Origin: Chthonomonadales bacterium
Lineage (GTDB): Bacteria > Armatimonadota > Chthonomonadetes > Chthonomonadales > CAJBBX01
Direction: 5' to 3'
NCBI GenBank assembly: GCA_037443035.1
Contig: JBBIPC010000004.1
Location: 25,502-89,501 of the forward strand
DNA: 64,000 nucleotides
The notes under the pieces were generated by a model. It was given only the letters and a program-made list of their open reading frames with translations. It ran no database searches and was not told the DNA's origin. Below, piece after piece: positions 20,110 through 30,517 of the stretch. The number at the start of each line of letters is the position of its first letter. Positions within the stretch are counted from its first letter, which is position 1. Position numbers and translations under genes: made by a program.

Positions 20110-22674
20110 CTACTCCGCATCCTCTGGAGGTCGGAACAGATGCCTGGGGAACGGGCGCCCGGGACGCTGGGCCAACCACACAGCACGAGCGACTACCTCT
20201 GCGTCAGCACGGTCAACGTCCGACCAATCTAGCCGTGACGAAGCCACTGCAAGGTGCCTGGCTTCTCCACGGAGAGTCGTCGCGGACTTGTTCAGCTCGT
20301 CCAGCGGTACGCGGTTGGGCCGGTGGACGTACGGCGTGAGGTCAGCAGTACTGGTGAAACACTCGCGCAAGGGTCTGCCGGCACGGTCGAACCTGTTCAT
20401 CGCCGGAATGCCCAGCACCAGCTCGATCGTCCGCACAATACCCGTGTGGTCGTACATTCTGCTCACCACCGCACGCCGCCTCGTGTAGGGAGAGACACAG
20501 TAGGCAAGCGTTCGATGACCATCCACGTGGTCCACACCGAGCTGGGAATCATCTTCGATGCACAAGATCAGCGTCTCGCTCCAGAAACGGCTGTGGCTCA
20601 GGGCATCCACAATCCGACCGAACGCGAGGTCATTGTCTGCTACACAGGCACGCGGCGTCGGCATGCCTGGAGTTGTCCCTGCTGTATGGTCGTTCGGCAG
20701 GAGGATGATGCTCAGCGCGGGCATTCTGCCGCGCCTCTCCCACTCCCGCAGATCGGAAAGGAATTGATCCGCCCGCCACTGATCGGATACGTTCATGGGG
20801 AAACCGATGGCATGTGGGTGGAGATGCGGCCGCAGAGCTGCGTTGTCGGTCTCGGCAAAGATCTGGAATCGCCCGGACCCTGTCCGGTAGTCGTTCCACA
20901 GCTCTGACCACGATGGCCTGCCTCTTCGTTGCGGGTCTTTCCGGTCCACGATGCGCGGGCGATTCACGAACTCTCCGAACACTCGCACCCACAGCCTTTT
21001 CCGAGCCGCTGCCGTCCAGAGGAAGCCCTGAGGGGAGTACGCCAACGCGTCGCCGCCGTCGTACGGATAGCTCCGGGCATACGACGAGTAGTTCTGCTCC
21101 ATGTAAGCGTTGCACAAGGACGCTGACGTCCACTGGTGCCCGTCCGCTGAATTCGTGCCGCTCGTGTATGTGTTGTCCAGGAGCACGAACTCCCGCGCTA
21201 TCGCGTGCTGGTTAGGTGTTACCTCTTCACCAAACAGGCACAGTTTGGGGTCGCCGTTACCCTCAGGCATATCGCCGAGGGTGACGTCGTAGGTGTGATT
21301 CTCCTTGATGACGTAGACGACGTGTTTGAAGACGGACGGCTCACCCACGCGCTCTGGCACGGGTACTGGTACTATGCCGCGCCTGGGAGGGAGATCGTCC
21401 CCCCACCGGTTGTTGGCGGCGACCTGCTCGGTCCACTGAGCTAGGTGTTCCATGTCCTGCCGCCTCACTTTCTGAACAGTGCCCGTGCTCGCGTGCACCC
21501 AGAATCCTCCCTGTCGCTTATCCCCTCGAGATCCCATACCTTTCGCAGAGGCTATCCACAAGGCGTCGTCCGTCCATGCCACGGCTACAGGGAACCACCC
21601 TGTGGGAATGTAGCCAGCAGGCGACTTGACCGAGGGAAGCCCGTCCCCGTCGAGCGGTACGACGGCCACTGCATTGATTCCACCACAACTCACGTAGAGC
21701 GTCCGCTTGTCTTCCGTCAGCGTCACGCTGGTCGGCATGTGGCCGAACACCGTACCCTCTGCGGCCCTCACCGTGAGCGATGCTACGACTCGCAGCTTAC
21801 GCACGTCGATCACGCTGACGGTGTCATCATCGGAGTTGGTGACGTACGCATATGTGCCGTCATCGCGAAAGCACAAGCCTGATGGTTGTCTTCCGACCTT
21901 CACGCGAGCCGTGGTACCTGTCTCCGTATCAACCACCACGACGGTGCCCTGACATACCGCGTCCGTGCGAGGATCGATGCGGACCCCGATGCCAGCCGTC
22001 AGCGCACTGGTTCTGCGCCTGCCCTCAGCCTCACCGCCTCGGCATGAGACCCATACTCTCCGACCGTCAGGTTGGACTGCCACGTGGTAGGGGCACACGT
22101 CCACGGGCACGCGCGCCTTCACCGTGCCGCTCGGCAGATCGACGATCGCCAGAACATTGCGCGTTCCCAGTGCCACAGCCAGCGTCTGGCCATCGGCAAG
22201 AAGCGCAAGTCCGCTTGCCTGCGGATCCGCTGGAAGGCCCTTGGGGCGGTCGGCCGATGCTTCCAGCACGATTTCACGCAGCACTCGTATCTGCCCCTGC
22301 TCCACAGCGCATTCGACAGCTTTCGCACCGGCCGAGAAGTACAGGCGCTTCGAATCGCGGCTCCATGCGATCCCCAGTGGACCTCCCCCGCGCGCAAGGG
22401 TGACTGGCGCCGCCGAATCGGTACCGTACACAACGATGCGCCCAGGGCACAAGACGGCCACCTTCGATCCGTCCGGAGCGACGGCCATGTCCTTAGGACG
22501 GTCGTTCGGGATGAGCCGAGTCTCCCCCACCGGCGAAATGCGCTGCGAGGTCGGCACGAGTGCGCTGCCGTCGGGCAGGATGCCGATCTCTTCGCGATTC
22601 TGGCGGCTAGCGACGACGAAGACGCCTCTCGCCAACGTGAGTAGGAAAACCAAGAGCAGAACACGGGACCTCAT
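20110..22674 (-). CDS. Secreted YncE/YVTN beta-propeller plus alkaline-phosphatase-superfamily phosphoesterase
   Basis: Signal peptide; YVTNSDDDTVSVID, VGRQP, PTGWFP repeats; HVVYVIKENHTYD, TPNQH, SADGHQW, LPNDHT, EDDSQLGVDHVDGHR. Confidence 0.85.
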   Translation of the reverse strand: MRSRVLLLVFLLTLARGVFVVASRQNREEIGILPDGSALVPTSQRISPVGETRLIPNDRPKDMAVAPDGSKVAVLCPGRIVVYGTDSAAPVTLARGGGPLGIAWSRDSKRLYFSAGAKAVECAVEQGQIRVLREIVLEASADRPKGLPADPQASGLALLADGQTLAVALGTRNVLAIVDLPSGTVKARVPVDVCPYHVAVQPDGRRVWVSCRGGEAEGRRRTSALTAGIGVRIDPRTDAVCQGTVVVVDTETGTTARVKVGRQPSGLCFRDDGTYAYVTNSDDDTVSVIDVRKLRVVASLTVRAAEGTVFGHMPTSVTLTEDKRTLYVSCGGINAVAVVPLDGDGLPSVKSPAGYIPTGWFPVAVAWTDDALWIASAKGMGSRGDKRQGGFWVHASTGTVQKVRRQDMEHLAQWTEQVAANNRWGDDLPPRRGIVPVPVPERVGEPSVFKHVVYVIKENHTYDVTLGDMPEGNGDPKLCLFGEEVTPNQHAIAREFVLLDNTYTSGTNSADGHQWTSASLCNAYMEQNYSSYARSYPYDGGDALAYSPQGFLWTAAARKRLWVRVFGEFVNRPRIVDRKDPQRRGRPSWSELWNDYRTGSGRFQIFAETDNAALRPHLHPHAIGFPMNVSDQWRADQFLSDLREWERRGRMPALSIILLPNDHTAGTTPGMPTPRACVADNDLAFGRIVDALSHSRFWSETLILCIEDDSQLGVDHVDGHRTLAYCVSPYTRRRAVVSRMYDHTGIVRTIELVLGIPAMNRFDRAGRPLRECFTSTADLTPYVHRPNRVPLDELNKSATTLRGEARHLAVASSRLDWSDVDRADAEVVARAVWLAQRPGRPFPRHLFRPPEDAE

Positions 22675-22709
22675 CGGATCACTCCTCTCGAGCGTGTGGG
22701 GCCTGCCCT

Positions 22710-23972
22710 CTACAGACCTACCATGCTGCGGAAGTTGGTCCGGAAAAGGCGATCCACATCTTGACGGATGTCATCCAGGTATACCGGCCGCCCGGCATCT
22801 GCCAGTGCTTCGTAAGTGTCCGCAAGCGCCTCTCCGACGACTCGCCGAGACACTGGCCACTTGTAGAGAAGCTGATCCAGCACTCTGGCGTCCGAATGCT
22901 GCGCCACGAAGGTCGCCCCCAGCATCTCCAACCGTTCCCGGGTAATCTCGCCCACGATAGATGGGTTGTTGAGAAACCACCAGCAGCCGAACGGGAGGAT
23001 GTTCCCGAACTTTCGCGCGCATACGCACAGTTCGTGTTGGTTCTCCCTCGATAGCATGGTGACGAGATAGCGAACTGTGGGGAAGTCCTGCACCAGCCGC
23101 TCCAGCACCGTCACGTCGGCGCGTCCTACCCCGTCCCCGGCGAGCTGCAGCTTCGGGTTCACCTGGCGTCGTACGCCAATCATCAGTCCCATCGGGAGTC
23201 CGTGTTCGTGGCATGTGGGCAAGACTACCTTCCGCAGCAGGGAGGCCCGCGCCGACTCATCTGGATAGGCGAAGTCGGCTGGTAGAGACACAGCAAGGTA
23301 GAGAGGATGCATCCTCTCGATCCAGTCATCGAGGAAGCGACGTGCTTCCGCAGATGTGCGATCGCCTATTACCGTGGAAACGTCGTAGCCTTCCTCTCTC
23401 ATGCAGGCACATGCTTGGGGCCAGTTAATGAGGATTCGATCCAGGCGTAGAGCAGCGCGGTAGCGGGGATTCAGCTCGCGGCCCGTCCGCCAGACACCAG
23501 CTTCGTCTGCGTCGAAGGGGTCGTTCGTCATCACCACGACATCCACACGGGCCATGTCGAGAACCTTATTGGCGTATGTGCCCGCCTCCTGATCGGCAAA
23601 GTAGGCCCGGGCCTCGCTCAGGTCCCGCGCGCAAGGATCCAAGCCCAGCGCTGACAACACACGTACTACACCTTGAGCGGCTTCCGAGATGGGGGGGCGC
23701 TCGACGAAGAGCGTGCGCCAAATGAGATCTGCTTGCTCGCGTTGCGACAGCGCCCAGAACGTGTCATAGTCCAGAGGAGCGACACGGAAAAGCTCGGCCA
23801 CAAGGTAGTGGTAGTTGAGGAGGGCATCTATGCCCCAGAGGTTCAATTTGCCGAACTCTGGTGCGAAAAGATGCGTATGCATATCCGTTACGGTAGCGGC
23901 GCCGACTGTTTCGAGGACAGCCGATCGGATACTGGTTCGCGGTAGTGGACGGGGGGTCTGAGTCACGTGCAT
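22710..23972 (-). CDS. uxaC: Glucuronate (uronate) isomerase, divergent Bacillus halodurans-like type
   Basis: DMHTHL, YHYLVAE, MTNDPFD, FGCWWFLNNP, QHSDARVLDQLLYKW; GGAG before ATG 23972. Confidence 0.85.
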   Translation of the reverse strand: MHVTQTPRPLPRTSIRSAVLETVGAATVTDMHTHLFAPEFGKLNLWGIDALLNYHYLVAELFRVAPLDYDTFWALSQREQADLIWRTLFVERPPISEAAQGVVRVLSALGLDPCARDLSEARAYFADQEAGTYANKVLDMARVDVVVMTNDPFDADEAGVWRTGRELNPRYRAALRLDRILINWPQACACMREEGYDVSTVIGDRTSAEARRFLDDWIERMHPLYLAVSLPADFAYPDESARASLLRKVVLPTCHEHGLPMGLMIGVRRQVNPKLQLAGDGVGRADVTVLERLVQDFPTVRYLVTMLSRENQHELCVCARKFGNILPFGCWWFLNNPSIVGEITRERLEMLGATFVAQHSDARVLDQLLYKWPVSRRVVGEALADTYEALADAGRPVYLDDIRQDVDRLFRTNFRSMVGL

Positions 23973-24028
23973 CGCTCCGTTCCATGGGCATGGCCGGCGC
24001 TCTCCAAAGAGGGCGATCGGCAGCATTC

Positions 24029-24057
24029 AGTATATTCGCCCTCCACCTCCATGTCAA
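24029..24057 (-). promoter_or_regulatory. Near-consensus sigma70 promoter of uxaC
   Basis: Minus strand TTGACA (24057-24052), N17, TATACT (24034-24029). Confidence 0.75.
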
Positions 24058-24072
24058 ACGGCTAGAAGGGAA

Positions 24073-24996
24073 ATGGACGCAATGATCCTCGGGATCGTCA
24101 TTAGCCTCACGGCGCTGGGGAGTGCCTCCTCAGGCGCCAAGCAAGTTCAAGCTGCTGAGGCGATAGTTTCTTCGTCGTCTGCGCGCATTCTGCACGCGGG
24201 GACGGAGGTCCCGTTCGAGCAGATGGTCGCTGACTTGGCGCGAGCGGATGTGGTGTGCCTGGGCGAGCAGCACGACCATGCCGAGGGTCACGCGTTCCAG
24301 TTGCAGCTTGTGCAATCTCTCGGAAGCAAGGCACCGTCCATCGGTCTGTCGCTGGAAATGTTCGAGAGGGACGTTCAGATCGTTCTTGACGAGTACCTCC
24401 AGGGCCACATCACGGAAAGCGCGTACCTCGCGGCGGCCAGGCCATGGCCTCGATACAAGACGGACTATCTTCCGCTCGTCGAATGGTGCAAGGCCAATGG
24501 CCGACCGGTTATCGCTGCGAATGTGCCGCGTCGCTACGTGAACATCGTTGCACGCCTGGGCCAGGCCGCCTTGCTGAAGCTGCCTAGAGCATCTCGAGCG
24601 TTCTTGCCGCGCCTCCCGTACAGCATGGATCTCCCACGCGAGTACGATGCCGCTCTAGATCAGGTGTTCGGCGGCGCACACAGCCAGGCCGATTCCACTG
24701 CCACCCCGCGGCCGAACCTGATGAAAGAGGCGCAGGGTCTCTGGGATCATGGCATGGCGGAGAGCATCCTCGACTCCGTGCGGAAACGGCGCCTGCATCC
24801 GGTAGTGCATGTAGTCGGCTCCATGCACTGCGAACGAGGGTTCGGCATCGTGGATCGGTTGCGGAGGGCTGCTCCTCGATTGCGCATCTTGACGGTAATT
24901 GTCGTGCCTCAGCCACGGGCTGGAGACCCACCCCTTCCCGGTGACCTTGGCGACTACGTTGTCCTCTGCGCCCGGATCGAGGGCGCGTCTCGATAG
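24073..24996 (+). CDS. ChaN family (PhuW-like) exported protein
   Basis: ADVVCLGEQHD, LSLEMFERDVQ..LDEYL, Y.PLVE, IAANVPR, AQGLWD..MAESI, GSMH. Confidence 0.82.
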   Translation: MDAMILGIVISLTALGSASSGAKQVQAAEAIVSSSSARILHAGTEVPFEQMVADLARADVVCLGEQHDHAEGHAFQLQLVQSLGSKAPSIGLSLEMFERDVQIVLDEYLQGHITESAYLAAARPWPRYKTDYLPLVEWCKANGRPVIAANVPRRYVNIVARLGQAALLKLPRASRAFLPRLPYSMDLPREYDAALDQVFGGAHSQADSTATPRPNLMKEAQGLWDHGMAESILDSVRKRRLHPVVHVVGSMHCERGFGIVDRLRRAAPRLRILTVIVVPQPRAGDPPLPGDLGDYVVLCARIEGASR

Positions 24997-25010
24997 CCGA
25001 CAACCGCCCG

Positions 25011-28000
25011 CTACAGGCCAAGCTCGCGCAGCACGTCAGGCGCCAGGTTCGCTTTCAGCCAACGAGCCACTTCTCGAACGGACATGGATCGCCGCGAGGC
25101 ATAGTCTTCCAACTGGTCGCGTCCGATCGTGCCCACGGGGAAATACCGGGCACCCGGATGGTTCAGGTAGAAGCCGCAGATAGAGCTCGGCGGTGCCATG
25201 GCCATGGTATCCGTCAGAGTGACCCCGGTGCGGCCAGGCGCGTCCAGCAGCTCGAACAGCATGGTTTTCTCGCTATGGTCAGGGCACGCGGGATAGCCTG
25301 GCGCAGGTCGGATGCCGCGGTAGCGCTCCTGAATCAGGTCTTCGTTGCTCAAGTTTTCCTTTTCTCCGAATTGGCAATCGCGCCGCGCCTGCTGGTGGAG
25401 CCACTCGGCAAGTGCTTCAGCCAATCGGTCTGCCAGTGCTTCGACCATGATGGCGCTATAGTCGTCTCCCCGCTCCCGGTACTCATGGGCCACCGCATGG
25501 ATACCTGCTCCAGCGGTCACGACGAAAAGACCCACGTAATCGAGTAATCCAGACGCCTCGGGCGCGACGAAGTCCGCGAGGCAGTAGTTCTCCGTTCCTT
25601 CGCCCTTGTCTTGCTGCTGCCGTAGCATCGGGAATGCTGCTGCGCTTTGGCCTCTATCCAGCAGGACAATATCGTCTCCGCGTCCCATGGCTTCCCAGAA
25701 GCCGTACACACCCGCTGGCTGAACCTGTTCGTCGCGCTCCAGCACGTCCAGGAGCCGCTCAGCGTCACCGAGGAGCTCCTTAGCGCGATCGGCCACATCT
25801 GGGCGGTCCAGCACTTCCGGGTACCGCCCGCGAATGTCCCAGACGTGCAAGAAGGGCGACCAGTCTATGAAGGGCCGTATGGTGGCGACGGAGGGAGAGA
25901 CTGTCCTCGTGCCGAGAAAGCTCGGCCTAGCAATGACCTCTTCGGTCCATGGAAGCTGCGGCGCTCTACGGCGTGCTTCCTGGATGGTCAGCAGTCTGCG
26001 TTCCTGATGGCGCCTGGCGAACTGCTCAGCTAGCTCCGCCTGCTCGCGCCGTACTTCGCTGGCAAACGCATCCCGCTGTGAACGATCCATGAGGTTCCGA
26101 ACCACGGGACCGGCTCTGGAAGCATCCTGCACATGAACAACCGGTCCTGAATACTCGGGTGCAATTCTCACTGCAGTGTGCGTGCGGCTCGTGGTGGCTC
26201 CGCCAATCAGCAAGGGAATCGTCATGCCCCTTCTCTGCATTTCGCGGGCTACGTGGACCATTTCATCGAGAGATGGCGTGATCAGACCGGACAGACCCAC
26301 GCAGTCCGCCCCCCACTCCATCGCCGTGTCGAGGATCACTTGCGCCGGCACCATGACACCGAGGTCCCGGATTTCGTGGCCAGCACAGGCAAGCACCACG
26401 CCGACGATGTTCTTGCCGATATCGTGAACGTCGCCTTTGACCGTCGCCAGGAGAATCCGTGCGGCCCCCTCCGTTCGGTGGCGCCGTTCGTCGCCCGTAC
26501 TCTCAGCCTTCTCCATATAGGGCGTCAGGAATGCGACTGCCTGCTTCATCGTACGCGCGCTTTTCACCACCTGCGGCAGGAACATGCGTCCATCGGCGAA
26601 CCTATCGCCGATGACTCTCATGCCCCTCATGAGGGGACCTTCGATGACGGCCAACGCGTTGCCATACTTCGCCAGTGCCTCGGCCATCTCTTGTTCGATG
26701 GTTTCGGTGCGTCCGTGGATCAGCGACATGGCAATTCGCTCGTCCACGTCAGCCTGCTCAACTGAACGGGCCACACTCGTGTCCGCGTTTCCAGTCGAAG
26801 CCTCTGCGTGCTGCGACGCGTAGTCCAACAACCGCTCTGTCGCGTCCGGCCGACGGTCGAAGATCAGGTCCTCGGCGAGCTTCCTCAGTTCTGGATCCAC
26901 ATCTTCGTACAGAGCAAGCTGCCCAGCGTTGACGATCCCCATATCCAGACCAGCATGTATGGCATGGTACAGGAAGACGGCGTGGAGGGCCTCACGAATA
27001 CGGTCATTGCCACGGAATGCGAAGGAGAGATTGCTGATCCCACCACTGCACAAGGCGCCTGGACAGTCGCGCTTGATCTGACGCACAGCCTCGATGAATG
27101 CGAGAGCGTAACCCGCATGTTCAGGTATGCCGGTGCCAATCGCCAGGACGTTGGGATCGAAGATGATCTCCTCTGGCTCGACATGCTCTTCTTCCACGAG
27201 GATACGGTAGGCACGACGGCATATCTCGACTTTGCGCTCGATAGTATCCGCTTGCCCCTGTTCATCGAAGGCCATGACAGTCAACGCTGCGCCCAGGCGT
27301 CGGGCTTCCCTGGCGCGCTCACGGAACGCGCGTTCGCCATCTTTCAAGCTAATGGAGTTGACGATGCACTTGCCCTGCGTCGCCTTCAACCCGGCCAGAA
27401 TCACCTCCCAGTTGGAGCTATCCACCATGAGTGGAACTCTGGCTACGTCCGGTTCGGATGCGGCGATGCGGAGAAACTCCCGCATTGCCGACGGAGAGTC
27501 GAGCAGTGCCTCGTCCATGTTCACGTCCAGGATGTTGGCACCATTCTCCACCTGCTGCCTGGCAACGCCCACCGCTTCCTCGTAGGCGCCCGCCCGGACC
27601 AGTTTCGCGAACCGCCGCGAACCTGCCACGTTCGTACGCTCTCCAACCAGAATGAAGTTGGAGTCTGGCCGGACTTCGAGCACGTCCAGCCCTGCGTAAC
27701 GGGGTATGCCGTCCCGGGCCGGCGGCCGTCGTGGGACCTTGCCCGTCACTGCCTCTGCGATGGCGCGAATGTGGTCGGGTGTAGACCCGCAACATCCGCC
27801 CACGATGTTCAGCCAACCTTCGGCCACGTAAGAACCGAGATACCCGGCCATCTCCGCCGGTGACTGGTCGTACTCGCCCAGGGCATTCGGAAGACCTGCG
27901 TTGGGATAACAGACCGTGGGTACCCAGGCCACACGACTAAGCTCTTCGATGGCCCCGCCAAGTTCTGCGGCACCCAACCCGCAGTTCACACCCACTGCGA

Positions 28001-28724
28001 ATAGTGGATAGTGATTCACAGACGTCCAGAAGGCCTCCAACGTCTGGCCCGACAACGTCCGACCGCTCTTATCACTGAAGGTCACACTAACGATAACCGG
28101 CGGAACACCGCCGAGCCGATCCGACAACCTGGCAATGGCGTAAAGGGCGGCCTTGACATTGAGCGTATCGAAACTAGTCTCGAGGATGAGTAGGTCCACC
28201 GTACCTTCGATCAAAGCAGAGGTCTGCTCCTCGTAGGCGTCGGCGAGTTCGTCGAAGTCCACGTTGCGATAGCCAGGCCGTCCCACATCTGGTGACATGG
28301 ACGCCGTCCTGTTCGTGGGTCCCATCGTTCCGGCTACGAAGACTGAGCGTCCAGTGGTTTGGAGGATGCGATCGGCAGCTCGTCGTGCAAGAGCAGCGCC
28401 CGCGAGGTTCATTTCCCGCACGAGATGGGCCGCTGCAAAGTCTCGCTGCGAGATAGCATTCCCGTTGAACGTGTTCGTGGCGATGATATCGGCACCCGCA
28501 GTCCCGAACTCGAAGTGGATCTGCTCCACCAGGTCCGGCTGGACCAGGTTCAGTATCTCGTTGTTATTCCGCAAGTTCACGGGGTGCTCGGCAAAGCGCT
28601 TACCGCGATAGTCTTCCTCGGCAAGGCGATGGCGCTGGAGCATGGTGCCTTTGGGCCCTTCCAGAACGAGGATGCGCTCCCGAAGGAGCGCACTCATTCT
28701 GTCCCGGGTCAGGTCGTGTCTCAT
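25011..28724 (-). CDS. metH: Cobalamin-dependent methionine synthase
   Basis: [24 protein letters not shown], pterin domain, [40 protein letters not shown]. Confidence 0.97.
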   Translation of the reverse strand: MRHDLTRDRMSALLRERILVLEGPKGTMLQRHRLAEEDYRGKRFAEHPVNLRNNNEILNLVQPDLVEQIHFEFGTAGADIIATNTFNGNAISQRDFAAAHLVREMNLAGAALARRAADRILQTTGRSVFVAGTMGPTNRTASMSPDVGRPGYRNVDFDELADAYEEQTSALIEGTVDLLILETSFDTLNVKAALYAIARLSDRLGGVPPVIVSVTFSDKSGRTLSGQTLEAFWTSVNHYPLFAVGVNCGLGAAELGGAIEELSRVAWVPTVCYPNAGLPNALGEYDQSPAEMAGYLGSYVAEGWLNIVGGCCGSTPDHIRAIAEAVTGKVPRRPPARDGIPRYAGLDVLEVRPDSNFILVGERTNVAGSRRFAKLVRAGAYEEAVGVARQQVENGANILDVNMDEALLDSPSAMREFLRIAASEPDVARVPLMVDSSNWEVILAGLKATQGKCIVNSISLKDGERAFRERAREARRLGAALTVMAFDEQGQADTIERKVEICRRAYRILVEEEHVEPEEIIFDPNVLAIGTGIPEHAGYALAFIEAVRQIKRDCPGALCSGGISNLSFAFRGNDRIREALHAVFLYHAIHAGLDMGIVNAGQLALYEDVDPELRKLAEDLIFDRRPDATERLLDYASQHAEASTGNADTSVARSVEQADVDERIAMSLIHGRTETIEQEMAEALAKYGNALAVIEGPLMRGMRVIGDRFADGRMFLPQVVKSARTMKQAVAFLTPYMEKAESTGDERRHRTEGAARILLATVKGDVHDIGKNIVGVVLACAGHEIRDLGVMVPAQVILDTAMEWGADCVGLSGLITPSLDEMVHVAREMQRRGMTIPLLIGGATTSRTHTAVRIAPEYSGPVVHVQDASRAGPVVRNLMDRSQRDAFASEVRREQAELAEQFARRHQERRLLTIQEARRRAPQLPWTEEVIARPSFLGTRTVSPSVATIRPFIDWSPFLHVWDIRGRYPEVLDRPDVADRAKELLGDAERLLDVLERDEQVQPAGVYGFWEAMGRGDDIVLLDRGQSAAAFPMLRQQQDKGEGTENYCLADFVAPEASGLLDYVGLFVVTAGAGIHAVAHEYRERGDDYSAIMVEALADRLAEALAEWLHQQARRDCQFGEKENLSNEDLIQERYRGIRPAPGYPACPDHSEKTMLFELLDAPGRTGVTLTDTMAMAPPSSICGFYLNHPGARYFPVGTIGRDQLEDYASRRSMSVREVARWLKANLAPDVLRELGL

Positions 28725-28728
28725 ACGA

Positions 28729-30513
28729 TTACCTCTTGAACCTCCGATCGATCTCGCTATATGGCACCAACACTGCGGCAGGCCGTCCATGCGGGCAGAA
28801 ATGCGGGTTCCTTGTCTCGGCAAGCTGCCGCAAGAGACCGGTCATTTCTTCGACCGAGAGCGCATCGCCCGCCTTCACAGCCATGCGACAAGCGTGGGCG
28901 ATGGTCACTTGGTCGCGATCCACCACCAACCTTCGCGCTACCGTCTGGTGCACCAGCTCGTCCACCATATCGCGCAGAACGGCCTCCTGCTGCCCCTGGC
29001 GCAGGAGCGATGGCACGGCACGCACAACGAGCGCCCGACCGCCGAAGGGTTCCAGCTCCCAACCCGCGGCTCGGAAGTCGTCCAAGCGTCGACTCACTAA
29101 TGCGAACTCCGCGGCCCCAAAGGACACGGTCAGGGGTACTGCCAACCGCTGGCTCGAGACGCCGTGCTCCGTTTGCTTTGTAAGTAGCCGTTCGTACAGC
29201 ACCCGCTCGTGTGCCACGTGCTGATCAACTAGCACAAGACCCTGCTCAGTCGCCGCAACTATGTACGTATTGTTGGCTTGGCCGAGCACCCGGAAATCGC
29301 GGAGCATATCCGCCAACACCGCCGCGTCGCCGGTCTGCTCAGCACCGCCGAGCGCAAGACGATCGTCATCGAAAAGGCTCTCTGCCGTGGCGCTCGCTGG
29401 CGTGCGCCCGAACGCGGCTAGAGATGTGGTCACAGCCTGTACGGTGGATCCAGAATCCCTTCGCGGAACCTGCCACGCCCCCCCGGGGGTCAGTCCTGCA
29501 GAACGCACCTCGGGAAGCAACCCGTGTCGTACCAGTGCACGCCGAACCGCCCTTCCTAAGATCGCATGGACCTCGGATTCGTTTCGGAATTTCACTTCGA
29601 GCTTGGCTGGATGGACGTTCACGTCCACCTGTTCCGGATCCATCTGCATGTGAATGCAGCAGATTGGATACCGGGCTTCCGGCGTAATGTCGCGGAACGC
29701 TTGCTCCACAGCATGAGCGAGGACACGACTTCGCACGGGCCGACCCGACACGACAAAGAGCTGATGAGTCCGCCCGGGCCGACTTGCCTCGGGCGTGCCC
29801 ACATAGCCATCCACCCGCAAGTGCGGCTCCTCCTCAGAGATCGACACGAGTTTGCGTGCGACGGCCCGCCCCCAGATGTTGGCCAGGACTCCCACCAAGT
29901 CACCGGTACCCGGTGTCGAGAGGAGCTCCTGGCCGTTGTGCACGACCCGTACCACGATGGATGGGTGCGCTGCCGCGAGCATGCTGACCGACTCGACGCA
30001 CCTGGTAAGCTCCGTCGCCGTCGTCTTGAGGAACTTCAGGCGGGCCGGAGTGTTATAGAACAGGTCCTCCACGATAACCGTAGTGCCATCGCGCCCTGTT
30101 CGGTCTGTGAGCTTCTCCAGTACGCCACCATGGATCGTGAGTTCCGTGGCGACAGGGCTGTTCTTGGCCTTCGTGATGAGCGTGAAGTGCGAAACCGACG
30201 CGATGCTAGGAAGCGCCTCACCGCGGAACCCGAGTGTCTTTACCCGCTCCAGGTCGTCCGCCGATCGTATTTTCGAGGTCGCATGGCGCTGAACCGCCAG
30301 GATCGCGTCCTCGGCGTCCATCCCACAACCGTCGTCGGAGACCTCGATCCGGCGTTTGCCCCCCTCCTCCAAGATGACCGTGATATGGGAAGCGCCGGCG
30401 TCAATGGCGTTCTCGACGAGCTCTTTGACTGCGGACGCAGGCCGTTCGACCACCTCACCTGCAGCGATGCGGCTGGCAGTTACGTCATCCAGCAGAACGA
30501 TGCGTCCCCCCAC
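28729..30513 (-). CDS. mutL: DNA mismatch repair endonuclease MutL
   Basis: IAAGEVVERPAS, GFRGEAL, VDVNVHPAK, endonuclease motifs DQHVAHERVLYE, ACR, CPHGRP. Confidence 0.97.
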   Translation of the reverse strand: MGGRIVLLDDVTASRIAAGEVVERPASAVKELVENAIDAGASHITVILEEGGKRRIEVSDDGCGMDAEDAILAVQRHATSKIRSADDLERVKTLGFRGEALPSIASVSHFTLITKAKNSPVATELTIHGGVLEKLTDRTGRDGTTVIVEDLFYNTPARLKFLKTTATELTRCVESVSMLAAAHPSIVVRVVHNGQELLSTPGTGDLVGVLANIWGRAVARKLVSISEEEPHLRVDGYVGTPEASRPGRTHQLFVVSGRPVRSRVLAHAVEQAFRDITPEARYPICCIHMQMDPEQVDVNVHPAKLEVKFRNESEVHAILGRAVRRALVRHGLLPEVRSAGLTPGGAWQVPRRDSGSTVQAVTTSLAAFGRTPASATAESLFDDDRLALGGAEQTGDAAVLADMLRDFRVLGQANNTYIVAATEQGLVLVDQHVAHERVLYERLLTKQTEHGVSSQRLAVPLTVSFGAAEFALVSRRLDDFRAAGWELEPFGGRALVVRAVPSLLRQGQQEAVLRDMVDELVHQTVARRLVVDRDQVTIAHACRMAVKAGDALSVEEMTGLLRQLAETRNPHFCPHGRPAAVLVPYSEIDRRFKR

Positions 30514-30517
30514 AGAT

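Noticed and set aside
19925..20488. ORFs overlapping tRNA genes (19925-20488, 54079-54387, 58183-58389)
   Set aside because: Translations of tRNA sequence and antisense coding DNA
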